NCBI GenBank assembly: GCA_963772835.1
Contig: CAVYYZ010000012.1
Span: 64,001 to 128,000 of the forward strand
Direction: 5' to 3'
From: an uncultured delta proteobacterium
Lineage (GTDB): Bacteria > Desulfobacterota > Desulfuromonadia > Geobacterales > Pseudopelobacteraceae
Length of the DNA: 64,000 bases
Below, one piece after another: positions 10,552 to 19,778 of the stretch. The notes below the pieces were generated by a model that worked only from the letters and a program-made list of their open reading frames with translations, did not search any database and was not told the origin of the DNA. The position numbers and the translations under genes are program-made. The first letter of the stretch is position 1; every line of letters begins with the position of its first letter.

Positions 10552-10830
10552 ATGACAAAAGTGGACATTATTGAGACAGTTTCAGACACATGCGGCTTTT
10601 CAAAAAAAGAATCGTCAGAACTTGTTGAATGCGTCTTTTCACTCATCAAGAAGTGCCTGGAATCAGGGGAGGATCTGAAAATATCCGGTTTCGGAAAGTT
10701 TGAGGTCAAGCAGAAAAATTCCCGTCGCGGCAGAAATCCGCAGACCGGAGAAGCATTGGAAATATCAGCACGGAGAATCCTCAGTTTCAAACCGAGTCAG
10801 CTTCTGAAAGATGCCGTCAACAAAGAGTGA
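10552..10830 (+). CDS. ihfA: Integration host factor alpha-like subunit
   Basis: MTK.DI, KISGFGKF, RRGRNPQTGE, FKPSQLLK; GGAGG SD. Confidence 0.88.
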   Translation: MTKVDIIETVSDTCGFSKKESSELVECVFSLIKKCLESGEDLKISGFGKFEVKQKNSRRGRNPQTGEALEISARRILSFKPSQLLKDAVNKE

Positions 10831-10903
10831 TCATAGACATCTGTACAAACCGTGTTGTCCGGCGGCTCATATAATTGTTCTGAACAACAAATGACCTCGT
10901 TTT

Positions 10904-12052
10904 CTAAAATGACATCCCTCTTCTCATCCGCTCCTGGATCATTCCATGGAGCTTTTCATCAACGTTGTCAGGCGTGATTCCCGATTGCCGGCAGATCTCC
11001 TCAACATGTTGCCTCCTGCCGGGTATTTCCATATCACGTAACTGTACAAAATGCCCCGATCGTTTACCAACCTGGAAAATGGCCCTTTCGCCGGGGGACA
11101 AACCGATAAAGCGCGTGAGAGTATCCAGCAGACGCTGTTTGTCGTCCGGGAGGATGCCGTCGATCTCCTGTAGCAGGTTATAGGAATGGTCGCTCTTCAC
11201 TGCGCTGGTTATGCCATCAAGCCTTTCGAGCAGGAGCAGTATCTCCTCCGCCTGATCAACATCCGTCGTCCATTGATAGCCGCAATCATCGCTACCGGAG
11301 AAAAGATTGACGGAATCCATCAGGTGCAGGGTTCTGAAGCGGATGAAATCGGGATTAATCCGGTTGAGAGCATCGGCGGTTTCTACCGCATGTTCCCGGG
11401 AAAATTCGCGTCCGCCGATCCCGGTCAGTACATATTCCGACAATTCTATCCCGGCCGCTTTCGCTTTCAGCCCCGCGGTGACATGGATCTCTTTCGAAGC
11501 CCCTTTGCTGATCATCTGAAGAATTGTGTCTGAGGCGGTTTCCATTCCAATATGAATCCGGTTAAGACCGGATGCCGCTATCTCCGCCAGATTGCCGTCA
11601 CTTATCCGGGCGACGCTTTCGGAGCGGGCATACGAGGTAATTCGTTCGACTTCCGGAAAGCGCATTTTTATATGCCGCAGAATGGCAATGAGATTTTCGG
11701 GCCTGATCACGAGACTGTCGGCATCCTGCAGAAAAATCGACTGCATACCCTCGTCCAGCCAGTTTCTGGCAGCTATAAAGGCCGACCATTCCGGTGGAGA
11801 AAGATTTTCTGCCGGTTCGATCCGGGAATCAGAATCTTCTCGCAATTGAGTGGTGAAGCGGTGGATGGTGTCGATATCCGCGATGACGTCTGCCACCGGC
11901 CTCAGGGAAAATTTTTGTTTCTTGTACACGGAACAGAAGGTGCAACGGTTCCAGGGGCAGTTACGTGTCACGCGAAGCAGCAGACTGGCTGCTTCACTGG
12001 GCGGCCTGATCGGCCCCTGCTCGAATCCCTGGTAAGATTGCATAAATGACAA
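10904..12052 (-). CDS. Radical SAM protein of unknown function
   Basis: IRPPSEA, CPWNRCTFC (CxxxCxxC), FLQDAD, IHIGMET. Confidence 0.85.
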   Translation of the reverse strand: MSFMQSYQGFEQGPIRPPSEAASLLLRVTRNCPWNRCTFCSVYKKQKFSLRPVADVIADIDTIHRFTTQLREDSDSRIEPAENLSPPEWSAFIAARNWLDEGMQSIFLQDADSLVIRPENLIAILRHIKMRFPEVERITSYARSESVARISDGNLAEIAASGLNRIHIGMETASDTILQMISKGASKEIHVTAGLKAKAAGIELSEYVLTGIGGREFSREHAVETADALNRINPDFIRFRTLHLMDSVNLFSGSDDCGYQWTTDVDQAEEILLLLERLDGITSAVKSDHSYNLLQEIDGILPDDKQRLLDTLTRFIGLSPGERAIFQVGKRSGHFVQLRDMEIPGRRQHVEEICRQSGITPDNVDEKLHGMIQERMRRGMSF

Positions 12053-12232
12053 CTCCTTCGGTTAAAATAGTAACTACCCGGTGACTCTATCAGGTTTAGG
12101 AAACTACATCATCCGTTTTTTGATGTTGAGAAAGCGAATCTTCTGAGGTATTGTTCTCCATCCCGAAACACGTGGTAATTTTTACCGTAGAGAGACATAT
12201 TCTCTTATAATATCAGGACAAGGAGACACATC

Positions 12233-12658
12233 ATGGCTAGTCTTAACAAGGTAATGCTGATCGGTAACCTGGGCAAAGACCCTGAAGTGCGATTCACCGC
12301 ATCCGGTCAGGCTGTTGCAAGTTTTTCTCTTGCAACCAGTGAGAAATTCAAAGGGAAAACGGGTGAATGGGAAGAACGCACTGAGTGGCACAACATCACT
12401 CTCTGGGGGAAGCTGGCGGAGATTGCCGGCGAATATCTTTCCAAAGGCAAGACGATCTATGTTGAAGGACGCCTGCAGACCCGCAAGTGGCAGGACAAAA
12501 GCGGCAATGACCGTTACACAACTGATGTTGTCGGAGACAAGATGCAGATGCTTTCTCCAAAAGGCGAGCGGAGTGGCGGAGAAACCCCGTCAGCCCCCAA
12601 AACCGGAAGTTCACACTACGAAGAGCCCCCTTTTCAGGATGACGATATCCCGTTCTAA
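12233..12658 (+). CDS. ssb: Single-stranded DNA-binding protein
   Basis: [27 protein letters not shown]-terminal DDDIPF. Confidence 0.97.
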   Translation: MASLNKVMLIGNLGKDPEVRFTASGQAVASFSLATSEKFKGKTGEWEERTEWHNITLWGKLAEIAGEYLSKGKTIYVEGRLQTRKWQDKSGNDRYTTDVVGDKMQMLSPKGERSGGETPSAPKTGSSHYEEPPFQDDDIPF

Positions 12659-12689
12659 AGATTGCACTCGATCATAATATACCATATTT

Positions 12690-12720
12690 AAGCATAACCA
12701 GCTGTGGTTATGCTTTTTTT
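12690..12720 (+). terminator. Intrinsic terminator of ssb
   Basis: AAGCATAACCA-gctg-TGGTTATGCTT hairpin followed by T-run. Confidence 0.85.
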
Positions 12721-12805
12721 GTCTCTGCAATGCGGATTGGCATGATGCCGTTTTTCCATTCCGATTGAGTATCCCAAAAAAATAATAACACGGTTATCTT
12801 TTTTA

Positions 12806-12834
12806 TTGACTTCCTCATCAAGTGGCCGTACAGT
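12806..12834 (+). promoter_or_regulatory. Sigma70-type promoter TTGACT-N17-TACAGT upstream of the riboswitch pair
   Basis: Near-consensus hexamers at 17 bp spacing, about 35 nt before aptamer 1. Confidence 0.65.
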
Positions 12835-12869
12835 TCAAACCTCAAATTGTAAAGAAATCTATTTCCATA

Positions 12870-12954
12870 GATAACGATAATACTAAACTATCCGTGAGGG
12901 TAGGACGGAAAGCCCATTGGGTCTCAAAGAGATAGCCGGGTCGCCGAAATGTCG
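12870..12954 (+). ncRNA. GEMM-I (c-di-GMP-I class) riboswitch, Geobacter GEMM-Ib / 3',3'-cGAMP-type, copy 1
   Basis: CGATAATACTAAAC-TATCC-GTGA-GGGTAGGACGGAAAGCC..GGGTCTC..GAGATAGCCGGGTCGCCGAAAT matches the Geobacter cGAMP aptamer pattern (AAUACUAAAC, GNRA loop, GGAAA, GCCGAA). Confidence 0.93.
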
Positions 12955-12986
12955 AAAGTTCGATATGATGGCGACCCGGTTTTTTT
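12936..12986 (+). terminator. Riboswitch 1 expression-platform terminator
   Basis: CCGGGTCGCC (12936-12945, aptamer 3' strand) pairs with GGCGACCCGG (12970-12979) followed by seven T. Confidence 0.88.
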
Positions 12987-13068
12987 GTGGGCACTTTAAG
13001 AAAGGAGCTGTACTCAGTAGTGGCAAGTATGCGCTTATATCGAACGGCGGTATAAGCAAGGCGACCTC

Positions 13069-13157
13069 GTGGCAGACGATAATACTAAACCATCCGCGAG
13101 GATGGGACGGAAAACTCATTGGGTCTCACCGAGACAGCCGGGTTGCCGAAATGTCGC
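13069..13157 (+). ncRNA. GEMM-I riboswitch, cGAMP-type, copy 2
   Basis: CGATAATACTAAACCATCCGCGAGGATGGGACGGAAAACTC..GGGTCTCACCGAGACAGCCGGGTTGCCGAAAT; P1 GTGGCA/TGTCGC. Confidence 0.93.
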
Positions 13158-13217
13158 GTGATAATTGGCCTGTTGGTAACAAGGGGCGATGTTCACAGCT
13201 ACGAAGGGAGAATTATT

Positions 13218-14387
13218 ATGAAAAACGAGAATTATCATGCATCAGTCACGCGCGTATGGCAAAAAAGTCGGCGGCTTCTTTCTCTTGGCATCGTCACATT
13301 CCTGATGGCTCTTCCGGCAGCCGCACTGGCTGCAACGCCGTGGTACGCCAATGGCAGAGCTCACACGCTGACGCTCACTGCGGACGGCCATGTATGGGCG
13401 CTGGGCGGAAACGAGTTCGGACAGCTGGGGAATGGCACCTTTGGAGGTGAAGCACTTGAACCGAAAAGGATCGCCGGACTGGATGGCGTTGTTGCCGTAT
13501 TAGCAGGAGGCAATCACTCAGTAGCGCTGAAAAAAGACGGGACCGTCTGGACATGGGGATTTAATGGTTCGGGTCAGCTTGGTGACGGCACTACACAGCA
13601 TTCACCTGTTCCGTACAAGGTCGAAGGAATAAGCAACGTCAAAGCGATCGCCACCGGAAGCAGCCACATCATCGCACTGAAGAATGATGGCACGGTATGG
13701 GGTTGGGGAGGCAATCATTCCGGCCAGCTCGGAAACGGTGAGTACCTGGATTGCATGACACCCGTGCAGGTATCATCACTGCAGGATGTAACAGCAATTG
13801 TCGCCGGGGCATTCAATACTTCCGCCCTTAAAAAAGATGGCAGCCTGTGGTCATGGGGATTTAACGGTAAAGGACAGCTCGGCAATGGCGGGAAAGAGCG
13901 AAGCAGCACCCCTGTTCGTGTGGCCGGCCTTGATGATGTTCATGCCATTGCCGCCGGCGACTGGCACGTGGTTGCTCTCAAGCACGACGGCACGGTATGG
14001 GCATGGGGAAGCAACCACGCCAGCCAGCTGGGGGGAACAAAGATTTCCTACAGTGTATCTCCTGTGCAGGTTCAAGGAATCAGTAATATAACCGATATAA
14101 CTGCCTCGGTTGGCCATACCATTGCGATCGCACGAAACGATACCGTGTGGGGATGGGGAGACGCGGGAACCGGACAGTGGGGCAATGGAGTTTCTCTGGA
14201 TGGAAGTGCACAGCCGGTTCAGGTTTCCGGGTACAACGGTCCGGTGACCGTCGCTGCGGTAGTAGATCCAGGCACCGTCCTCAGGGACAAGACGGATGGC
14301 TCGGCACTGCTCTCAGAGGTCGGAACGGACATCAGCAACATCCCGTTGATCAGACGGCAGGAGTTTTTCATTACCGCCTCCCGTTGA
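13218..14387 (+). CDS. Secreted RCC1-repeat (beta-propeller) protein
   Basis: Repeated H..ALK.DGTVW.WG.N..GQLG units, signal peptide ending ALA, GGGAG SD before ATG 13218. Confidence 0.9.
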   Translation: MKNENYHASVTRVWQKSRRLLSLGIVTFLMALPAAALAATPWYANGRAHTLTLTADGHVWALGGNEFGQLGNGTFGGEALEPKRIAGLDGVVAVLAGGNHSVALKKDGTVWTWGFNGSGQLGDGTTQHSPVPYKVEGISNVKAIATGSSHIIALKNDGTVWGWGGNHSGQLGNGEYLDCMTPVQVSSLQDVTAIVAGAFNTSALKKDGSLWSWGFNGKGQLGNGGKERSSTPVRVAGLDDVHAIAAGDWHVVALKHDGTVWAWGSNHASQLGGTKISYSVSPVQVQGISNITDITASVGHTIAIARNDTVWGWGDAGTGQWGNGVSLDGSAQPVQVSGYNGPVTVAAVVDPGTVLRDKTDGSALLSEVGTDISNIPLIRRQEFFITASR

Positions 14388-14491
14388 TTCAGCTTGGCAC
14401 CGATTCATGATTGCTGATAAGATGGCCCGTAATGGACAGTGGCAGAAAATAGATTTCTGCCACAACCGATAAAACCATTCAGGACTCAGCC

Positions 14492-16219
14492 ATCAAAGAT
14501 CTAGCCAGACTCATTCCTTATCTGACATCGCTCCGCTGGCGTTACGCCGGCGGAGCGGTGTTTCTTCTCCTTACCAACGCATTTGCACTTTTGATCCCCT
14601 GGTTCATGAAACTGGCGATAGAGGCACTGCAGCATCCGCCGGGGGCACGCCTCTCTGCGCCCGACTGTGCCCGGATTATTGTGCTTTTGGCAATACTGCA
14701 CTGTATCACCCGCATTTTTTCCCGGACATTGATTCTGAATGCCGCCCGCATCATTGAGTTCCGTATCCGTAATGATCTATTCCGTCGCCTTACCCTGCTC
14801 GACATCGGTTATTTTTCCACAAGTCGAAGCGGGGACATCCTTTCCCGCTTTTCCAATGACCTGACCAACGTCCGCATGCTGGCCGGTTTTGGCTCAATGA
14901 GCGGAATCAACACTCTGCTGGTTTACTGCGCCGCCGTGACTATGATGATTCGCATTCATCCCTGGCTCACGTTCTGGGCAATTCTCCCTTTTCCGATGAT
15001 GGTTCTGATCGTAAAAAAAGTCAGTCATCGTCTCTTTCATCGTTCTCTTCTGGCCCAGGAAGAACTGGCACATCTTTCCAGCCAGGCAGAGGAGACAGTC
15101 TCCGCGGTCCGACTGATCAAGTCATATTGCAGGGAAGAGTATTTTCAGAGTGAGTTCGGAAAAACCGCCGAACGCTACCTCAAACACAACCTGCGACTGG
15201 CTCGTTTGCGCGGACTTATCATTCCGGTCATGGCAACTGCAACCGGCGCAGGAACACTTGTTGTGCTGTTTATGGGCGGACGCCTGGTAATCGCCGGCAC
15301 AATAACTCTGGGGGATTTTGTAGCCTTCAGCGGTTATCTTGCAATGCTGGTCTGGCCGACAGCAGTTCTGGGGTGGATATTGACCCTTGCACAACGGGGA
15401 GCAGCCTCCATGTCACGACTGGCCGGAATATTGGCCGCTGAGCCGACGGTGGTTGATCACCCGGATGCTCGACCAATCGAAACCCTGCTGCAGGGAATTG
15501 ATGCGCAGCATCTCACTTTCAGCTATGGAGGCACGGACATACTCAAGGAGGTCTCTTTTCATATTGAGGCGGGGGAAACGGTGGGGATCACCGGAGAGGT
15601 GGGGAGCGGGAAAACATCCCTGTTGAGACTGATCGCACGACTGCTCCCGGTTGCAGAAGGGATGCTGTTTGTCGACGGCAGGGACATAAATTCAATAACC
15701 ACGGCCAGCCTGCGGCGTCTTATAGGGTATGTTCCGCAGGAGACGTTCCTGTTTTCTCGAACCGTTGCGGACAATATCAGGTACGGAGTATCAGGTGATT
15801 ACGATGACGATGCCATCGCAAAAGCAGCCGGTCAGGCCGGCTTTCTTGACGATGTGGAATCGTTCCCGGAAAAATTTGAAACCAGAGTGGGTGAAAAGGG
15901 GGTGACCCTCTCCGGCGGACAGAAGCAGCGGTTGGCAATCGCCCGGGCCGTTGCCGGTAATCCTCCGATCCTGTTACTCGATGATCCACTTTCTGCGGTA
16001 GACGCCGGGCGCGAAGAGGAAATCCTCAACGAACTGGGGAAATTCTACGCCGGACGAACCGTCCTCATCGTGTCACAACGGGTTTCCGCCTTCCGCGACT
16101 GCGACCGGATCATCGTTTTGAAATCGGGACAAATCGCCGAACAGGGGAGACCCGCCGATCTCATGCAGCAAGGGGGGCTTTATGCGGAAATATGCTCCCG
16201 GCAGCAGCGAAACCAGTGA
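14492..16219 (+). CDS. ABC exporter, fused permease/ATPase (MdlA/MsbA-like); start possibly non-canonical ATC at 14492 (first GTG 14558)
   Basis: GEVGSGKT Walker A, LSGGQKQR signature, LLLDD Walker B, N-terminal TM domain. Confidence 0.9.
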   Translation: MKDLARLIPYLTSLRWRYAGGAVFLLLTNAFALLIPWFMKLAIEALQHPPGARLSAPDCARIIVLLAILHCITRIFSRTLILNAARIIEFRIRNDLFRRLTLLDIGYFSTSRSGDILSRFSNDLTNVRMLAGFGSMSGINTLLVYCAAVTMMIRIHPWLTFWAILPFPMMVLIVKKVSHRLFHRSLLAQEELAHLSSQAEETVSAVRLIKSYCREEYFQSEFGKTAERYLKHNLRLARLRGLIIPVMATATGAGTLVVLFMGGRLVIAGTITLGDFVAFSGYLAMLVWPTAVLGWILTLAQRGAASMSRLAGILAAEPTVVDHPDARPIETLLQGIDAQHLTFSYGGTDILKEVSFHIEAGETVGITGEVGSGKTSLLRLIARLLPVAEGMLFVDGRDINSITTASLRRLIGYVPQETFLFSRTVADNIRYGVSGDYDDDAIAKAAGQAGFLDDVESFPEKFETRVGEKGVTLSGGQKQRLAIARAVAGNPPILLLDDPLSAVDAGREEEILNELGKFYAGRTVLIVSQRVSAFRDCDRIIVLKSGQIAEQGRPADLMQQGGLYAEICSRQQRNQ

Positions 16220-16329
16220 GTCAACGGCCGGTATGAACACCAATAAGTATCCCATCGAAGCGGGTTGACGGCAACGAATCGCGCGACTCTGGGTCAAGCT
16301 ACCTGTCTTAGAGATCGTCTAGAAATGCG

Positions 16330-18009
16330 TCATATCCCGGTCCCATAGTCATCGGACATCCTGCATCCGGGCTGTGTACCCCGTTTAAAAAGAAGCACAC
16401 TCACACCTTCCGAAGTGCGGTCAAATTCAAACGATAGGGTCTGTTCATACGCCAGAAGAGCCACGGCGTGAAGCTGCCCCAGATCCAGCAGCCGGAAGAG
16501 AATCCGGTTTCCCTTGCCAAGATAATCGAAGAAACTGCGTGATACATCGAACTCAATTGTCCCCAACTCACCAGTCAAATCCACCACGCTCACCCCGACA
16601 CCGCTCACAGAGGCTTCACTCAGGGTGACACGCCGGGGGAGACCACAATTCGCACCAGACAATTCCGGACGGATCCCTGCCGTTTCTGTCGCCTGCTGCT
16701 CAAACGGAGCTGCCGCGATAATCATACCGGCGGCCACGGTGGCGTTGGTGAAGCGGTCAATCAGGATAAAGCTACCGGTATGCCGGTTCTGCCGGTAAGG
16801 GTCGAATGAGATCGGTCTGTCCAGCTCCATGCGAACAACACCGATTTCATTCAGCCCCAGTGTCGGCACCTGTCTCTGCTCCAGAGAATTGACGTCAACC
16901 GCATACTGTACGGCGGTAACTCTGCCGGGAGTTATCGCACTCGCCGTTTTGACCAGATAGATCTGCCCCGGTTGCAAAGCCACGTCATGCATCCAGACTA
17001 GCTGCGCTTCGGGATGCCGGGCATAGATCGGCGGCGCATCCGGCGCCGAGAGCATATCTCCCCGGCTGATATCGATCTCGTCCGCCAGGGTCAGGGTGAT
17101 CGACTGGCCGGCGACCGCTTCCAGCAGATCGCCATTCATCGTGACGATTCGGGTCACCCGACTTGTTCGTCCGGAAGCGGCAACCCGTAGCTCGTCACCC
17201 GAACGGATAACGCCCGAAGCTATCGTGCCGCAGAAACCGCGGAAGTCGAGATGGGGACGGTTCACCCACTGGACAGGCATCCGGAACGGCTTTTCCCGGT
17301 CTTCTCCCTCAATATGAACTGTTTCCAGATAGTTCATCAGGGTGGGGCCGAGATACCAAGGGGTGTTGGTGCTCGGCTCGATCATATTGTCGCCACCAAG
17401 GGCTGAGAGCGGGATGGCGGTGATATCGCCGAATCCGAGTGATGCGGCGAACTGTTCGTAATCGTGCCGGATCGCCTCGAACCGCTGCCGGTCAAAATCG
17501 ATCAGGTCCATCTTGTTGACCGCCAGCACGATATGGCGGATGCCGACAAGGGAAACCAGATAGCTGTGGCGTCTGGTCTGGGTCAGCAGGCCCTTGCGCG
17601 CATCGACAAGGATGATCGCCACCTGGGCGGTGGAGGCGCCGGTGATCATATTGCGGGTATACTGCTCGTGGCCGGGGGTGTCGGCGACGATGAACTTGCG
17701 CCGCTCGGTGGAGAAGTAGCGATACGCCACGTCGATGGTGATTCCCTGTTCGCGTTCCGCCTGCAGCCCGTCCAGCAGCAGGGCGTAATCGATGGCGCCA
17801 CCCTGGGTGCCAACCTTTTTGCTGTCCGCTTCCAGTGACGCCAGCTGGTCTTCGAACACCATCTTCGAATCCCAGAGCAGTCTCCCTATCAGGGTGCTTT
17901 TGCCGTCATCGACGCTGCCGCAGGTGATGAAGCGAAGCATCGTCTTTTCTTCATGGCTTTTGAGATAGGCGAGAATATCCTGTTCGATCAGTTCCGATTG
18001 ATGTGCCAT
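16330..18009 (-). CDS. cysN: Sulfate adenylyltransferase subunit 1 (GTPase) with extra C-terminal domain
   Basis: CGSVDDGKST, AEREQGITIDVAY, DTPGH, NKMD, FILIDR; no APS-kinase P-loop in the tail. Confidence 0.95.
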   Translation of the reverse strand: MAHQSELIEQDILAYLKSHEEKTMLRFITCGSVDDGKSTLIGRLLWDSKMVFEDQLASLEADSKKVGTQGGAIDYALLLDGLQAEREQGITIDVAYRYFSTERRKFIVADTPGHEQYTRNMITGASTAQVAIILVDARKGLLTQTRRHSYLVSLVGIRHIVLAVNKMDLIDFDRQRFEAIRHDYEQFAASLGFGDITAIPLSALGGDNMIEPSTNTPWYLGPTLMNYLETVHIEGEDREKPFRMPVQWVNRPHLDFRGFCGTIASGVIRSGDELRVAASGRTSRVTRIVTMNGDLLEAVAGQSITLTLADEIDISRGDMLSAPDAPPIYARHPEAQLVWMHDVALQPGQIYLVKTASAITPGRVTAVQYAVDVNSLEQRQVPTLGLNEIGVVRMELDRPISFDPYRQNRHTGSFILIDRFTNATVAAGMIIAAAPFEQQATETAGIRPELSGANCGLPRRVTLSEASVSGVGVSVVDLTGELGTIEFDVSRSFFDYLGKGNRILFRLLDLGQLHAVALLAYEQTLSFEFDRTSEGVSVLLFKRGTQPGCRMSDDYGTGI

Positions 18010-18914
18010 TAGAAATACCCCTCCTGTTTCTTCTTCTCCATCGACCCCGCCGAATCATGATCGATCAGGCGTCCCTGCCGTTCCGAAGTCCGTGTCAACA
18101 GCATTTCCTGGATGATCTCGGGGAGCGTGGCCGCTTTCGATTCAACTGCGGCGGTCAGCGGGTAGCATCCCAGGGTGCGGAAACGGACCGATTTGTACTG
18201 TACCGTTTCCCCCGGCTTCAGTTCCAGCCGGTCATCGTCCACCATGATCAGCATCCCGTCCCGCTCCACCACCGGCCTGACAGCGGCATAATAGAGCGGT
18301 ACGATCGGGATATTTTCCAGGTGAATGTATTGCCAGACATCCAGTTCGGTCCAGTTGGAGATTGGAAAGACACGGATGCTTTCCCCCGGCTTTATCCGGG
18401 TATTGTACAGGTCCCAGAGTTCCGGACGCTGCAGCTTGGGATCCCAGCGGTGATTGGCACTCCGAAAGGAGAAGATCCGCTCCTTGGCACGTGATTTCTC
18501 CTCATCCCGGCGGGCACCGCCGAAGGCGGCATCAAACTTGTAGCGGTCGAGCGCCTGCTTCAGTCCTTCGGTTTTCATGATATCGGTATAGAGCGACGAA
18601 CCATGAGTAAAGGGTGAGATTCCCTGGCGCACGCCTTCGGTATTCACGTGCACGATCAGATCAAGGCCGCATTCGGCAGCCATCCGGTCCCTGAACTGGA
18701 TCATTTCGCGGAACTTCCAGGTGGTATCCACATGGAGCAGAGAAAAGGGTGGCGGTGCCGGGTAAAAAGCCTTGCGGGCAAGGTGCAGCATGACCGCCGA
18801 ATCCTTGCCGATGGAATAGAGCATGACCGGGTTGCCGAATTCAGAAGCAACTTCGCGGATGATGTGGATACTTTCGGCTTCAAGCTGCTGCAGGTGGGTC
18901 AGATTCAGGCTCAT
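18009..18914 (-). CDS. cysD: Sulfate adenylyltransferase subunit 2
   Basis: [44 protein letters not shown]. Confidence 0.97.
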   Translation of the reverse strand: MSLNLTHLQQLEAESIHIIREVASEFGNPVMLYSIGKDSAVMLHLARKAFYPAPPPFSLLHVDTTWKFREMIQFRDRMAAECGLDLIVHVNTEGVRQGISPFTHGSSLYTDIMKTEGLKQALDRYKFDAAFGGARRDEEKSRAKERIFSFRSANHRWDPKLQRPELWDLYNTRIKPGESIRVFPISNWTELDVWQYIHLENIPIVPLYYAAVRPVVERDGMLIMVDDDRLELKPGETVQYKSVRFRTLGCYPLTAAVESKAATLPEIIQEMLLTRTSERQGRLIDHDSAGSMEKKKQEGYF

Positions 18915-18948
18915 ATGGTTACCTCATGGTATGCAAAATCTTTTTATG

Positions 18949-19033
18949 TAACAGGGATGAAAGGGATACAGGGGATTAGATCGAATTCAAGACCATTTGG
19001 AATTAATAGATTTCACCCTCTTTATTCCTGTTA
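18949..19033. repeat. Intergenic imperfect inverted repeat built from ~9-bp tandem units (ACAGGGAT-type)
   Basis: TAACAGGGATGAAAGGGATACAGGGGAT ... ATTTCACCCTCTTTATTCCTGTTA between cysH and cysD. Confidence 0.6.
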
Positions 19034-19071
19034 AAAATGCTTCTTGCTTTTAGTTTTCTGGCTCATCTGAC

Positions 19072-19767
19072 TCACCGCCGATGCAGCCCGCATTCCTTAT
19101 GCTCCGGGTTCTCCCACCACCATCTCCCTGCGCGGGCATCATCCATCGGTTGTACTGCCCTGGTGCAGGGGGCGCAGCCGATAGAGCGGTATCCCTGACT
19201 GTAGAGGCGGTTCTTCGGCAGCCGCTGTTCTTCGGTATAGCTGAGCAGCTGTTCCTCGCTCCAGTCGAGCAGCGGATTGATCTTGAGGATACTGCCGTTC
19301 AACTCATCCCGCTCGATTGTTTTCAGGTCGCTGCGGGTGATGCTCTGCTCACGGCGCATGCCGGTTACCCATCCGCTTAACCCATGCAATGCCCGTGAGA
19401 GCGGCTCCACCTTGCGGATGCCGCAGCAGGCATGACGCTTGTCCAACGATTCGCGGAAGGAGAACAGCCCCTCAGCCCGCTCCAGCGACTCCACCGCGTC
19501 ATGGCGGGGAAAGTACCAGTCGATCTTCAGCCGGTAGCGTTCCACGAGGGCATCGGCCACTTCGTAGGTTTCCTCGTTCAACCGGCCGGTATCGAGGGCG
19601 AAGATCCCCAGTTTGAGGCCGGCCCGATGGGCAATGTCGATGATGGCCACATCTTCCAGCGAGAAGGAGCAGGCGAGCGATACCGGGCCGGCGGCCGCTT
19701 TGATGCCGGCTCCGAGAATTTCAACTGTAGTTGCATCTTTCGCAAGATACGGGGTACTCCTGTTCAT
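19072..19767 (-). CDS. cysH: Adenylyl-sulfate (APS) reductase, CysH family with 4Fe-4S motif
   Basis: LDTG, CCGIRKVEPL, SIGCAPCT, RAGRWWWE, ECGLH; GGAG SD before ATG 19767. Confidence 0.93.
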   Translation of the reverse strand: MNRSTPYLAKDATTVEILGAGIKAAAGPVSLACSFSLEDVAIIDIAHRAGLKLGIFALDTGRLNEETYEVADALVERYRLKIDWYFPRHDAVESLERAEGLFSFRESLDKRHACCGIRKVEPLSRALHGLSGWVTGMRREQSITRSDLKTIERDELNGSILKINPLLDWSEEQLLSYTEEQRLPKNRLYSQGYRSIGCAPCTRAVQPMDDARAGRWWWENPEHKECGLHRR

Positions 19768-19778
19768 GGTAACTCCAG

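Noticed and set aside
12917..13450. ORFs starting within the riboswitches, including the 13119 extension of the RCC1 gene
   Set aside because: They translate aptamer sequence; the SD-supported start is 13218
16330..16715. CysN tail as a fused APS kinase (CysNC)
   Set aside because: Too short and lacks the GxSGxGKS P-loop; the CC/CxxC-type CysH makes CysC unnecessary
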